Shown here: positions 1 to 14,574 of the stretch, piece by piece
How positions within the stretch are numbered: position 1 is the first letter of the stretch
Layout: the number at the start of each line of letters is the position of its first letter
Assembly: GCA_012295275.1 (NCBI GenBank)
Contig: CM022668.1
Location: 12,772,001-12,836,000, forward strand
Length of the DNA stretch: 64,000 bases
Direction: 5' to 3'
Source of the DNA: Chrysomallon squamiferum
Taxonomy: Eukaryota > Animalia > Mollusca
Program-made: the position numbers and the translations under genes
The notes under the pieces: generated by a model
Told to the model about the DNA's origin: nothing
The model's input: only the letters and a program-made list of their open reading frames with translations
The model's database searches: none

Positions 1-1809
1 AATCTGTTATCTCTCGTTCTTTCTTTCTTTTTCTCTTTCTGTTTATCTGTCTCTATCTTTCTTTCTGTTACCTCTCTTTCTTTCTCTCTTAATCTCTTTC
101 TCTGTCTCTTTCTCTCTTTCTGTTTCTTCTTTCTCTATTAATCTCTTTCTCTGTCTCTTTCTCTCTTTCTGTTTCTTTTTTCTCTCTCGCCCTCTGTCTG
201 TATATCTCTGTCTTTCACTTTCTGTCTCTCTGTCAGTCCCTCCTTTATTTTTAATTTGTATCTACACAAACACACACATGTTTAAAATAATTCTATTTAG
301 TTTATAAGTAAATTTTTGTCTTTTGCATGTGACACAACAGACAAAATGAAAGGTAAACCCTTTCTAGCACTGATTTGTTGTCTTTGTGCTTCTGTGTTTT
401 TTTCAAGGCACTCTATTGAAAATATTCATAGACTATCATATACAAATTTCATAGAGTTAGATCTTTTTAAGAGAAAGTCTTTAAAAAAAATGATATCTAA
501 AATAATTATTGTAAAGTATAAATGACTTAGATCCATTTAGATTGATGAATTTTTACATGTTTTCCAGGATATTTAAATAATAAATAAATAAATAAATAAA
601 AAAAATTATGCTCAAAGTCAACATAATATAAATTTATACTTATTATAAACCATAAAACAGGTTAGAAAGATCTTTGTAGTTGGTATAAATTTCTGAAATT
701 TTGGATACAGTACCTTCAGTTTCCAGAAAGTGGATACAATATCTTTAATTTATATATAGCATATAGAATGCCTTCAATTCTTATAAAATAAATACAGTGC
801 TTTTAACTTCTAATTTTCCTTATCTCAGAATAGATATACAGACATCTTCTTTTATTGTTGCCTCAGTCTTTTATGACTTTTTGCTGATCTGTTTATCCCA
901 TTCTAGACAAAAAGTGTTCTTTTGCTTTTGCTCTTTTATCTGTGTTTTATAAGCCACTTAATTTAAATTAGAACAGAGCTATTTGTAATTAGTAAGTAAA
1001 AGATAATTAACAGCATATGAAATTTTTAAATATTTAGAGCAGGATTTAGGATTTGAACACAGAGCCTAGAGAATGCTACTCAGTGCATAGGATTAGCATA
1101 TACTGTATAGTAATAATAAAAAAATAAAAATCCTATTGTATATATATATATTTTTGTTATCATCATCATTGTTATTAAAATTCTTTCATTCAGTTTTGAT
1201 ACCCTTGTCTATATTTAGTTTTTTTTAGAATATGTCACATTAAAATATTAAAGGGAAAAAAATTGCTTGCCTTTTTATTAGCTTTTACTTATTTTAATGT
1301 GTGGTGTTTTTCTAATTTAAAAGTTTCACATATTTTCAGCTTTTAAAATAATTTATGACTAATCAAAAACAGCAAGGATATGCAATATAGTAATTACATA
1401 TAATTAAAAAAAAAATTAATAATAAATGAGAAATACAGTTTTTATTTATGATATATTTTATATTATTTTTATTGTTATTTTGTTATTATTATTATTTTTT
1501 TTTATATAATCAAAGAATTTTAAAATTTATATATTTTATCAGGAGGGTTAAAATATATTTGGATAAAGTTAAACTTTAAAAAATTATATTTAATCATTGT
1601 TAATTTTTTGTTTTTATTCATTTTTTTAATTATTAGTTTAAAAATAATAAAAGAAATAATTTCATAATATACATTTATTTTATTTTATTTATTTATTTTC
1701 ACTTTTTATTATTATTATTATTATTTTTTTTTTTTTTTTTATTTTTTGTTATTGTTGTTTATGTGTATAAATTAATACAATTTTGATTTTAATTTTTGTT
1801 AATTTTCAG

Positions 1810-3099
1810 CTTCTATTGGAGTTGGAGAGTTTGTTACCACGGTGATGTCAATACTGGAGGGGATATCCCAGCATCCCACTCTGCTTATAGAACATCATGG
1901 AACCATCATGGAAACCATCTTACCAACACTAGCAGCACTCATGAATTGTCAGAATGGTGAGAAATTCTAAAATGATAAAATTTAGCCTATGATATGAAAT
2001 TGTTGTTTGTTCATCATTATTGTTGTAATTACTGTAACTATTTTTTTGGATGGAAAATAATAATTCTATACAATTTTGAAAATGGATGAAAATATCAACC
2101 TAATAAAATTGCTATTCATTCATCATTATTTTATTACATTCTTTGAATCTTTTTTTAGGGAAACATAGCTGATAATTTTGAGAAGTGATGAAATTTTTTA
2201 TCTGATAGAATTAATAATAATAAGCTTATTCTTTGCTAATTAAAATACAATTGCAGGAGCCTTAATTTCTTAAATCTTTAAGTCTTTGAGTTTCTGTATC
2301 GTATGTTTATGTGTATGTATGTATGTATTATATATGTATGCATGTATGTATGTATGTATATGTGTGTGTATATATGTATGAATGTGTGCATGTATTTATG
2401 AATGTATGTATGTATGCATGTATCTATGTATGAAAGTATGTACCATCTCCATCTTCAAATTATCATAATCATTTCTCTATGTATGTATGTACATCTTTGT
2501 TTATTTATTTGTGGAGTATCAATGTATATAAGTTTATCAACCATACTAAACTTAATACTTACTTCCCTCATTATATTATTTTATTTATTTTTTCTTACAG
2601 TCGACACAAAAGCGCTGTTACTTCCCTCATTATATTATTTTTATATTTTTTTCTTGCAGTTGACACAAAAGCTCTGTCCCTGCGTCTGTTCTCTCAGATA
2701 GCGTCTGTCTATCTGTCTCGTGATCAGTACAGTGCATCAGATGCAACAGTGAGCATCCAGCAACTACACAAAATAATCGCAGAACATCTTCTACCACTGT
2801 AAGTATTTCACGTGGCTGTTTCACAAAATAATGCTAGTTAATGTAGGACCTAGGTAATCATGCAAAATACAACTGTTAAATATATAAATGTTTATATGAA
2901 GTGGGTTTTCTTTTGTTTTTAATATCTGAAATTGCCTGAGTTGTACTCTGTGTTGAATGTCAGTGTTTTAACATTTTTTTGGTTTGTGCTGAGGTATTAT
3001 AAAATAAATATTTAATATATAAATTCTGTAAGTGCACCAATATTTGTAAAATGCCAGCATTAATTATGATACTAATAGCATCTTCATAATGTCATCATC

Positions 3100-3141
<42 letters not shown>

Positions 3142-5418
3142 TTCATCATAATCATCAATATCATCATGTCCACACAGCAACATTACCGTTGTGTTACTAT
3201 AATCATCATGGTCTTAATATTTCTTATTATCATTTCATCATCATCATGTTAATGTGGATATAGTCATAATCATTACAGTCTAAATCATCAACAAAATAAT
3301 CATCATTATATTTTCATGACAATCATTTCCACAATTTAACAATCATCATAATCATCTCCATCATCTTCAAATTATCATAATCATTTCCATTATCATCATT
3401 ATCATCTTTATATTATCCCCACAGTCATTGTTGTCATAATCATTTTTTTTTTTTTTTTTTACTACAGATATGAACAGATCCTGCTGGATCAGGATCCACT
3501 TCCAGGTTATGGACTCAAACTTCTTCTGGCTATACTAGAGCAGAATCCAGCCTTTATTTCCCAGTTTGAACAGCAGGGTCTCATTCCAGTCATATTTCAA
3601 GTTCTTCTGGTCAGTTTGTGTTTAGACCAAAATCTGTGTTAATTGTTTTTTTTTTTTTTTTTTTTAAGTAATGTTTTCAAGTGACATGTTTATATACATA
3701 CATGCACACACACACACACAGACATACACACAAATGCACATACAGACACACACACAACAGCACAAACATATACACATAACAACACACATGTAAAGACATA
3801 CAAATACTTTATTTGAAATCATTAATATTTACATAATTTTATCTTTATTTATTTATTTATATTAAATTATGTTATATTATTATTATTAGTAGTAGTAGTA
3901 ATAGTAGTAATACATATGTTTTATTTTTCGTTATTATTTATCATCATCATCATATTTTTATTGTTACTACAGACATCATTGTCATTTTTATTAATATTAT
4001 GATTATTTTTAGATGCAGGACACAAAAATAAACTAAAATGCTTCTTTAGTTAAGTAATATTAATAAAATCTTTTCAGGATCACCAAAACAACCCAACCAG
4101 TGGTGCGATGCAGTGCATTGTGGGTATTCTGAACTGCCTGGTCGGCCATAGAGAGACGAACATGCAGGAACTGTACGACCAAGGTAATCACAGAAAATAT
4201 AACTTAAATAATTTGTTTTTATCTTAATGCAGTTATTATTTGTTGTATAAAAATTTACTGACTAAGGTAATATATAAAACAATTTTAAAATAATTTCCGT
4301 ATCCAAATTAGAATTTAATTTCTGTCAATTATGTCTAAGGTAATGTGTAATGAATAATTTTAAATAAATCTTTGTGTCTGAAATTGAGTTTAATTACATT
4401 TATATATTACAAAGGTAATACTACTAATTTCTTTATTGTCATATAGATAGTATGACTAAAATTATCTTTAAAACACAATCTTAGATAAAACTTTTCAAGT
4501 ACAATACATAACTAAATAAAACTCCGTATTTTGTAATGTTTAATCACAGCTTCAAAAACCCCCCCCAAAAATTCTTTTTTATGCAGTATGTAACAAATTA
4601 AACTTTGTATCCAAATATACAGTTATTTATTTTTTATTATCATCATCATAAACTATTTAACCAAAGGTAACGTTAAATAAAACATTGTATTTAGTAGACA
4701 TTTAGATAACAATATTACAATTGTTTGTTTTTTGGGTTTTTTTTATCATTCACATATAACAGGGCAAGAGGAAATTTCTTTAATACAACCAATTGAATAA
4801 AACAAGACTTGACATTACCATTTCTTTCAAACAGTGGCCATCAACCAAATATTTATAAAAAAAAATTAAAAATTTCAAAAATAATTTCTTTTCCTTCAGG
4901 TCTAGTGGACTACCTATCCACTCTGTTCTTCGAGGTGTCTGCTGTCTGTCTGGAAGGTGAGGACGGTTGCCGCGACGTCAAAACAGCTAACGCGATGCTG
5001 CAGACGTTGCTCGACTGTTTGCAGAGTTTATTCAAACAGGTCTCCGAAGTCGTCCGCAAAGCGCTGCAGGCGAAGAAGTCTGGCGCCGAGGGCAGCAGCC
5101 ATGAAGCCGAGGTAGCAGAACAGCTACTACTGCTGAACAAACCTCTGACAGATCTGACCACTCTTCTCACACATCTAGTGAGTTGTCTGTTTGGTGACTG
5201 GTTTATATGTTTTGACTTCCATTATGTTGTAATGGCAATTAGTAGCAGTGACTATTTTTGACTTTTTGTTTTGCTGATATTAATGGTTTCTTTAATGTTC
5301 AAAAAATAATTTTAGTTTCAGTTTTTTTAAATTTACTTATTTATTTATTATTTTTTATTTATTTATTTATTTTTTTAATTTTTTGTTTGTTTGTTTTCTT
5401 ATTTATTGATTTACATAT

Positions 5419-5449
<31 letters not shown>

Positions 5450-6939
5450 TATATTTATTAATTAGTGTATTTATTCACTTATATATTTTATTTATTATTA
5501 TTATTTTTGGTTTATATTTATTTATACATTTATTTATTTATTTATATATTTATTTATTTATTTGTGTATTTATTCACTTATTTATTTATTTATTTACAGC
5601 TGTGTTATGAAGATACAGATATTCAAGATCTGTCAACAAAATGTCTCTCACTTATTGTCCAGCTGTTTGGAGGAGAAAACCGAGACGCACTGTCAGAAGA
5701 AAACATGGTAACCACACCCACCACACCCAGTTAATTGTTGTAATCACCCACCCCATTTAAATAATGTAACCATCACTCCATTTAATCAGTGTAATGTTAC
5801 ACCAACCCAATTTAATAACTTTAATTATCACATCCTTTAATTAGTGTAACCATTTTTCTGTATAAAAGATTTCTTTGCTGTGTTTGATAAAAAAAAATCA
5901 CCCTTGGTGTGTCAGCAAGTAAGTTTCCTCTTTAAATCATCACTATACAAAATTTCATGTTTGTCTAACTGTAATAATAGTCTGTTGAGATGTTGTTCAG
6001 CATCATTCATTTGTTCATTCATTCTTTTATTTATTCATTCATACATTCCTGCTGTCATTTGTTCATGCATTCTTTCATTCATTTATGTTTTCATTCTTTC
6101 TTTCATTTGTTCATCCTTTCATATTTTTTTCTTCCAGGAGTATTACAGCAAGGCTCTGAAAAAAGCTGAAGCCAAAAAACAAAAAGTTTTACTACGCATC
6201 ATCAAGAGACTGGCAAGTTTTTCAAAAATATTTCTCAAATGTTTTCTCTTCTTTAACAAAATTTATTTAATTTTGTTTAGTTTTTCAAAAATCTAAAAAA
6301 TTTCATTTTAACTTGGTTTATTGGTAAATGTTTTAATATTCATTTTTGGGGTTTTTTTCATTGGCATTTTTAAATTCAAAATCCTAGAAAAAATGAAATC
6401 TAAAAAGTAGTTTTAACACCAATTACCTAATAATATACTACATAAAGAACTTTATGTTACAAATAAGCATGTAAAAACAATTCATGTAATGTAAAAAAAA
6501 ATTAATAAAGAACTTGTTTTGTTTATCTTTATTATTTGTAAATAATTTTTGTTTGTTCAGGTGAGCACAGAAAAACATCATGCCGAATCTATGAGAAATC
6601 ACGGCCATGTTTTGGCAGAAACAATTAAATCTTTGGTCCACACAGCCAGGTAATAAAATCTTTTTTCTTTAAAAACTAGTTCATATACATGTTATTTTGT
6701 TTATAACAGTATGTATATTAGTTTGTGTGCGCATCTTTAGTTCACACAGCTGGCCAGGTATTCAAATCTGCTTTATTTTACAATAATAACTAAATAATGT
6801 ACAAGTTTGATGTTGTATCATTTATAATTGTTTTAAAGGTTTGAGTGGGAGCATGTATGTGTTTATAAGTGTCAAGAGGATGTATGTAATTACAGACAAT
6901 ATATTTTATCAATGATTTATTTATGTGAAGACAGATACG

Positions 6940-6970
<31 letters not shown>

Positions 6971-7204
6971 GTTTAAATAAAATTCTAATGTTATTTATCA
7001 TTATAATCCAAAAACTCAGAATTATCAAATAAAAATAGTTTGTACTATTAAAATATCTGCATTATTTCAAAAGTGTGTGTGGTATTAATGAACATAATTA
7101 GATATATAATAATTCATTTTATGTTTTTTTGTAGTTCCCATGCTGATGTAGCTTTGTCAAGCGTTGCTGCAGAAATCTTAAAAGCAACAGGACATCTCAC
7201 CTGA
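1810..7204 (+). CDS. ULK4: Serine/threonine-protein (pseudo)kinase ULK4, C-terminal HEAT/ARM region; 5' exons lie upstream of the window
   Basis: Phase-consistent exons: 1810-1956, 2660-2798, 3468-3609, 4078-4183, 4900-5177, 5600-5707, 6138-6212 (GC donor), 6561-6649, 7135-7204 (TGA). Translation includes YEQILLDQDPLPGYGLKLLLAILEQNP, ETNMQELYDQGLV, VRKALQAKKSG, LLLLNKPLTDL, KCLSLIVQLFGGENRDALSEEN and KQKVLLRIIKRL. These match the vertebrate ULK4 C-terminus as recalled (YEHILLEPDPVPAYALKLL...LLLLNRPLTDL...KCLSILVQLYGGENPDSLSPEN). Confidence 0.93.
2561..2679 (+). repeat. 59-bp tandem duplication spanning the acceptor of ULK4 exon 2660
   Basis: ACTTCCCTCATTATATTATT...cttacag|TCGACACAAAAGCGCTGT is followed by ACTTCCCTCATTATATTATT...cttgcag|TTGACACAAAAGCTCTGT. 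Confidence 0.9.
4177..4671 (+). repeat. Degenerate 75-80 bp repeat carrying copies of the ULK4 exon 4078-4183 donor
   Basis: Real GACCAAG|GTAAT, then GACTAAGGTAAT (4260), GTCTAAGGTAAT (4333), CAAAGGTAAT (4410) and CCAAAGGTAAC (4661). Confidence 0.7.
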
Positions 7205-10200
7205 TGTGTGTGTGACACAAAATAATGAATTAATTAAAACAGATCTAAAATATATAGGGTCATGCAGTCAGTGGCATAAATCCATAGCATTTCCTGGGTT
7301 TTTTCTTTTAAATTTCATATTTAAAAAACAAACACACACACACACACACTCACTCGCACTTACTCTCGCTCTCTCTCAAATTACAGACTTAGCATGAACA
7401 ATTTAACCTAAGCTTATTTAGATTCAAGATGCATATTACTAAACTTTTATAGAAAACCAGATTCTAGATGCTATGTTGTTACTGTACTGTGTATTGTTGC
7501 ATTCCATCCGTCCATATTTATACTGTCATCATCACATTTACTTTTATCTACATTGATGCTCTAATTTATTCTTTTTCAACAATAAAATGTTTAAAACAAC
7601 TGGTTTGTTGTGTTTTTATTTTTATTTTTATTTCAAAAATTTTGTTTCTTTCATCCTGAAGTTGATATTTAAGGATATCATCTAAAATTTGTTTAAAATT
7701 CCTTGAAAGAACCAATGAATGAATGGATGGATATATAAAGAAAGAAAGAATAAACCAGCTGAATAGAAAAATCTTTACATGTATTGTATTGTGATAATAA
7801 AGATTATTATGCTTCAACTGTGATATAAGAGTACAAATGGATAAACAAAATATTTGTTCCATCAATGTTATACACTATTTTCAACACATATGACAATATA
7901 TACCAGTTTTATGACTCATGCTCACTAAATAATTAAATATATTATAATAAAATAATAATAATGATGACTATAGTAATGATAATGGTAAAGTAATAGCAAT
8001 AATTGTAAAATAATATTAATAGCCATGATGATAATAATAATAGTGATAATACTGATAATAATAGTAATTGTAGTAGTAATAATAGTAATAATAATAATAA
8101 TAGTGATAATAATAGTAATGATAATGTAATAGTCATAATAATAATAATAAAAATAGTAATAACTAATAATAATTAAAGATTACTAGGTTGTCATTCTGTC
8201 TGTTTATCTATTTGGTAAACATATGTAATGTAAGTATATACATATATCAAAAAAACAATGGATACATCATTAAATAAAACATTTCTTTCTTATTGTAATT
8301 CTGTATTGTTTTTGTGTGTGTATGTGTGTGTGTGTGTGTGTGTGTTTGTATATGAATATACTTAAATACTTGCATGAGATTTTAAATAAACAACATGTAT
8401 TTTAAATCTATCATAATTTTAAAGTTGTTTTATTAAGAGCAAGATATTTTTATAAAGTATATACCTACACATAAACAGTAAAGAACACACTACATGGCTG
8501 TACACACTGATTTCAGGTCACAGGTAAAACAGGGACAAGTCCAGGGGAAAGGTTTGATCCCAGAATCCTTTGTGCCTCAATTAAATTTCAACTGCTATGT
8601 TAAAGTTTGACTTTCAATAGGTAGGAAAAAAAATAATAATAATAATAAAAAAAAATAAAAATCAGTAATAATAAAAATGTAAATAAATGAAAAATAGTAA
8701 AAACAAAGAAAATAATTTAAAATAAAATTTAAATCGTCAAAATAAAAGATTAATGTAGATGAAGTAATAAGAAAAATAAAGTTAAATAATTAAAAATATT
8801 TAAATTAAAAATAATAAAATTTAAAAAAAAAAAAAAAATTAAAACATCAATATAAAAAGTAGTTGATAAAAGCAGAAAAAGAAAATAACAAGAAGTCCTT
8901 GAATTAAAATTTGTTTCATCTTTTTTAGTTTTTAAATTCTTTTTTATTAGTTATTCATTTCAGATACAAGCACATACAAGTACAGATATTATTAAAATCA
9001 ACAAAACAAAGCTGCACTGAGTTTTCAACTGTGAGAGATCATTCTTTTCTTCTTTTCTTTTTAACATTTGTAACAGACAAAACAAAACAGAATATACTCA
9101 AAATCACAAACTATTAATTTAAATATATTTTGACACAGGAAGAAAAATAACATTGATAGTTACATATAATACAGTATAAAAACAAATTTTTCGTTAATTT
9201 TTATGTTAGAAGTATTTATTTCTTTCATTTTTTTTTTTTTTTTTTTTTCTTTAAATGTTAGTCAATTTTACATCGATAATGAACAATCTAGAATACACAA
9301 ACTAGTGGGATTTTTTTTTTTTTTTTGTTTAAATTAATTTAACAATTTAAATGAAATAGTAACTTTGTGTATGTATTTATATATATATATACATGTGTGT
9401 ATGTGTTGACATTTAATGGCTATTAAAATTTTATTTTAAATAATACAAATATTTTTGAAACAAACAAAATAAATTCATTCCTTTCAGATCAGAACTAATA
9501 ATTAAAAAAAAAAATTATCTTTTATTAAATACAATTCATTCCTATCTGAATATATACAAAAAAAAAAAAAAAACACCCCAACACATTTTTTTTCATTTTA
9601 AACATTCACACCAAACAAACACCAGTTAAATATTTATTCTGATTCAAATTTTTTTTTAATGTTCTAGTACTTTTATGCTAGACTGCACACAAACAAGTTA
9701 AAAATATTAGCTGACCTGCAATACTGCAAGTTGAAATTTGTTTTAAAATTTAAATACAGCCATTGTGTATCCTTCAGAATGTTTTGACTCTCTCTTGTGT
9801 TAAATTAAATAAACAACGATTTTCTAGATATGAATGTTCTGCTTTTGGAAAACACCAAGCCATAAGCTGATGAATTTTTGTTCAGTGTCTCAAATTTTGA
9901 GTTCAATATATTTACAAGTTCTCATCGTTCAAGTTTCAATTTCAATAGTTCCATTTGCACAAAAAGGTTCTTCTAGCAAAATAAAAAAAATTCCCAGTTT
10001 TAAAATAACATTTGAACAAACATGTAACCTGTTTCCTTTCTCTTAAATGAGATATATTACTTTCAACTCAGCAATATATGATGATTGTGGCAAAATTCTG
10101 GAGTCTTTTTTTAAGATTATTTAAAATTATAATAAGCAATGACTTTTTTTAAAAATATGTATGAAAAAGAGAAGAAAAAAACAACACACTATATTACAAT

Positions 10201-10859
10201 GAAGAGCTTATTTCATTATGTAAATATTCATTGAATATTACTGGAATTAGTATCAAGAAAATCACAGGCAACAAATAATTTTAAAAACCATATTCCCTAA
10301 ACAGCATGTTAAAACTGATCCCCTGTTAAATCATAAAACGTAAAATCTTTCAGGCTTCTTTTTAAACTTTTTTTTTTTTTTGCACTGAAGCAGGCGTTAA
10401 AAACTCAAGACAATGTTTCACAGGTTAATCATTCTTGGCCATGTTCCACAGATAATTTAAATTCTATAAAAGACACAGATAAAAAAAATCCACTGCAGCA
10501 CCTTTTGCATCTGATGTTTTTATCTGTTCATCCTCCGAGTTTCTTGTAACCAAAATTTCCAAAACCAATTTCTTCCTAGAATTTCTTGTAATCAAACTTT
10601 CAAACTTTTAACCACCATTTCGTCTTCCTTATTTCAGTGACCTTTATCCTGACCAACAGATTTTTCACCTTTGTTATCATTAATAATCAAAACTTCAGTC
10701 AGAAAAGACACCATTTGGTATCTCCCATCTCAGTTCTCAGTTCATTTCATAAACGTTTTTTGTTAGCTAACATTTTTATCTGAATGGATTGTCTGAATTC
10801 ATTTTTTATATATATTTATACCTTTGATACCTCCAGTCTCAGTTCTATTAACATACATT

Positions 10860-10908
<49 letters not shown>

Positions 10909-12790
10909 TTATCATATTAGATATTAAAAAAAAGTAATTAAATGCATATATATGATCAAACTTGATAATATTTATACAAGGGACACTAAATTCAATCATC
11001 TGTTTCATTTTTATTAATGGTTGGCACATAAAACCTGTGCTACAGGGTGTTAATTTAAATGCTGGATGATGAAGTTCTAAAGAATTGAAATCTAAATGTT
11101 TTAGTATTGTTTTATACATTATCACACCAAACTATTATGCATTATTTTATCTTTGTTATAATAATTTTGAACACTATCAAGCCCAATTTGATAAGAACTG
11201 TTAAAATTCGTTACATCCACAATAGATACAAGATATATTCATATACTGTAAGAGAAAAATTCAAGTTTATTAAAGTTCAAATAATTCAGCAGTTTATATC
11301 ATTAATATAAAATTAATCAATAAGTAAAGAAGTAATTAAATAAATAACTAAATAAAATAAATAAATAAATTTTAAAATAATAATTTAATAGATATTTATA
11401 ACCTAAGATCATTATAACACTGAATGATTAATTTACAAAAAATAAATAAAATAAAATAAAATAAAAAAATTAAATATTTAAATTTCTTTTATTTATTTTG
11501 AGATGAAAAACAGTATTTAACTTCTTTTTTTTTTTTAAATTGATGTGCTTGAACAAAGTTATTAATTTTTATATTTCCCTACATCCAGATATATAACAAT
11601 AAAAATAATAAATAAATAAATAAATAAAATAAACTTTATTCTGAATTATAATATGGGACAACATTACTAAAACATCTACAAATTCACATCACATTTTAAA
11701 ATAAAACTTTTATCATCTACAATCCAATATAATAAAAAAAAAAAAAAAAAAAAAAAAAACACAATTCTATAAATATATTTACATATCCATCCATATAAAA
11801 GAATTAATGTAATTTTTAAATTCTTATTTACAGGGAAAAAAAACAAAATTAGAACAACTTATATAAACATTTACATGTTATGGTGCATATGTACATGTGG
11901 CATATTTGCAACATGAAAGTTAATGAAACCAACTCGATGAATTTTCTGCTCTGGTGTCAAAAAGGATCTTTGATAAGTGTTGGGATCTTTCTTGCCCTGA
12001 GTATATGAAATGGATCGTATGCATATAATACAAAATAAAACTGGTTTTGCTTCTCGTTAACTTCTGGTATGTTGTCATTTTAGTGTGTGTGGCATCAGAC
12101 ATTAAAAAAATAAAAAACGTAAATAGTAAAATAACCATGATGATGATGATGATGATGATGAAAACTAGAATCAGTTTAAATACTGTTAAAAAAAAAAAAA
12201 AAAAAAATAAAAAATAGTAATAATAATAATAATAATAGATTTAAAAAATTACAGTAAATAATGAACAAAAACAAAAAAAAATTTTAAAATTAAATAATGA
12301 AAAATACACTATAATAATAATGATGATGATGATGATAAAATTTACTTAAAAAAATAAAGTTGCTTTTTTTAAAGAAAAAAAAAAAAAATGATATATTTTA
12401 AAACTCAGAAAATAAGGAATTCTTTTAACCTTCGCAACATCATTTTCATTTCATCCCTCGAACATCAAACACCCCAACCTGCTGTGTTTTATTCTTCTCA
12501 TGAATCTAACTCCACAGGGGAAAAAAAGGATGCTGATTTCCTGAGACACTAAACATAACACATACCCATTTCATACCCTGTGTTTATTCCTCAACCGCAT
12601 ATCCTAGCTAAGAACCAAAAAAAAAAATCTGAAAACATCGGCAGACACTTTGGAAACACTGACTATTATATACATCTGTCACTTTTTGGTTTTTAATTCT
12701 TATTTTTTAAAAACATTATTTTTTTTTTGTAGTTCTTGTTGCTTTTTTCCTTTTTCTTCTTCTTTTTTTTTTTTTTTTTTTTTTTTCCAG

Positions 12791-14539
12791 CTAACCGAAA
12801 TTGAAAGTAAATCCTGGATGACCTCCTGGGTGACCTTGAGGTCCACCGAAAGTAAAGTTGTGAAAACCGTGAGGACCTCCCCCTCCGCCAAAGAACGCTT
12901 GAAAGATCTGGTTTGGATCAATATCTGGAATGAAACAGAATTATATAAATATAAAAAAACTGAATACAGCAGAACTAAACAAAAAATAAAAATAAAAATA
13001 AAATAAAAAAATAATAAAATACAAAAATAAGTTAAAATAAAACAAGTACAAAGAATGCTTGAAAAATCTGGTTTGGATCAATATCTGGAATGAAATAGAA
13101 TTATATAAATATAACAAAACTGAATACAACAGAACTAAACAAAAAATAAAAATAAAAATAAAATACAAAAATAATAAAATACAAAAATAAGTTAAAATAA
13201 AACAACAAGTACAAAGAATGCTTGAAAGATCTGGTTTGGATCAATATCTGGAACAAAACAGAAATATATAAATATAACAAAAAAAGTGAATACAGCAGAA
13301 CTAAACAAAAAATAATAAAATAAAAAAAAAAAGTAATTTAAAATAAAACAACAATTACAAAGAATGTTTGAAAGATCTGGTTTGGATCAATATCTGGAAT
13401 GAAACAGAAATATATAAATATAAAAAAAAATGAATACATCAGAACTAAAATTATAAAAAAAAAATAAATAAATAAAAAATGAAATAAAAAAAATGGTAAA
13501 ATTAAAATAAAACAACAATTACAAAGAATGCTTGAAAGATCTGGTTTGGATCAATATCTGGAATGAAATAAAATTATATAAATATAAAAAAAAAATGAAT
13601 ACATCAGAACTAAAATTAAAAATAATAAATAAAAATAAAAAATGAAATAAAAAAAAATAAAATTAAAATAAAACAACAATTAAAAATAAATTTGGTTTGG
13701 ATCAAATCTGGGATGAAATAAAATTATATAAAACAAAATTAAAAAAAAAAAAAAAAAAAAAAATAAAAAAAAAAAAATAAAACAAAACAAAACAAAAATT
13801 AAAAAAAAAAATAAAAAAAAAAAAAAAAAAAAATAAAATAAAAATATAAGATAAAACTAAAATAAAACAACAATTACAAATACAAAACTGAGTACCACAG
13901 AATTAAAAATAATATATTTTTTTTTAAATAATAAAATAATATAAAATTATATTGATAAAATTGAGTGTAACTGAATTAAAAAATAAAGTAAAATATGAAA
14001 TGAAAATGAAAGATACAAATATATATATAAATATAAAGATATTAAAATAAAAAATAAAATATTTAAATTTCTTTTATTTATTTTGAGATGAAACCAATGT
14101 GATTGAAGAAAAAAATATAAAATTAAAACTTAAATAAATAATAATATAAAAAAAAACATTTAAATAAATAAACAAAAAGAACAAAAAGCACCAACAAGCA
14201 AATAAAAAATAAAAATATGCAAATGTGTCACAAAAAAACAAAACCACAAGGACACTCATAACTAACCAAAACTTAAAATAATGTTTTTCTTCATGAAATT
14301 AAAATAATCAAAGCCAAACAACTTTCACTACTAATAACATTTAACGTTATCATGAAGCAGTATATCGAACATTACCTGCAAATCCCCCAGTGTCCAAGTC
14401 ATCGAGATCCTCGCCGTTGTCATAGCGAGCTCGCTTCTTGCTGTCTGTCAACACCCCGTACGCCTCCCCCACCTCCTTAAACTTCTTCTCCTCCTCCTTC
14501 TGAACTTCGGCTGTCGTGCGAATGTCGATCTGCAAAACA

Positions 14540-14574
<35 letters not shown>

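Noticed and set aside
7205-12790. Possible extra gene between ULK4 and DNAJC7 (likewise 38700-45150)
   Set aside because: No coding-like exons; the sequence fits long convergent 3' UTRs with AATAAA signals (e.g. 8273 +, 8947 -, 40164 +, 40677 -).
12890-13730. Regularly spaced ~40-bp repeats resembling a CRISPR array
   Set aside because: Eukaryotic intron; the repeat is an exon fragment, the spacers are mutually similar A-rich sequence, and there are no cas genes.
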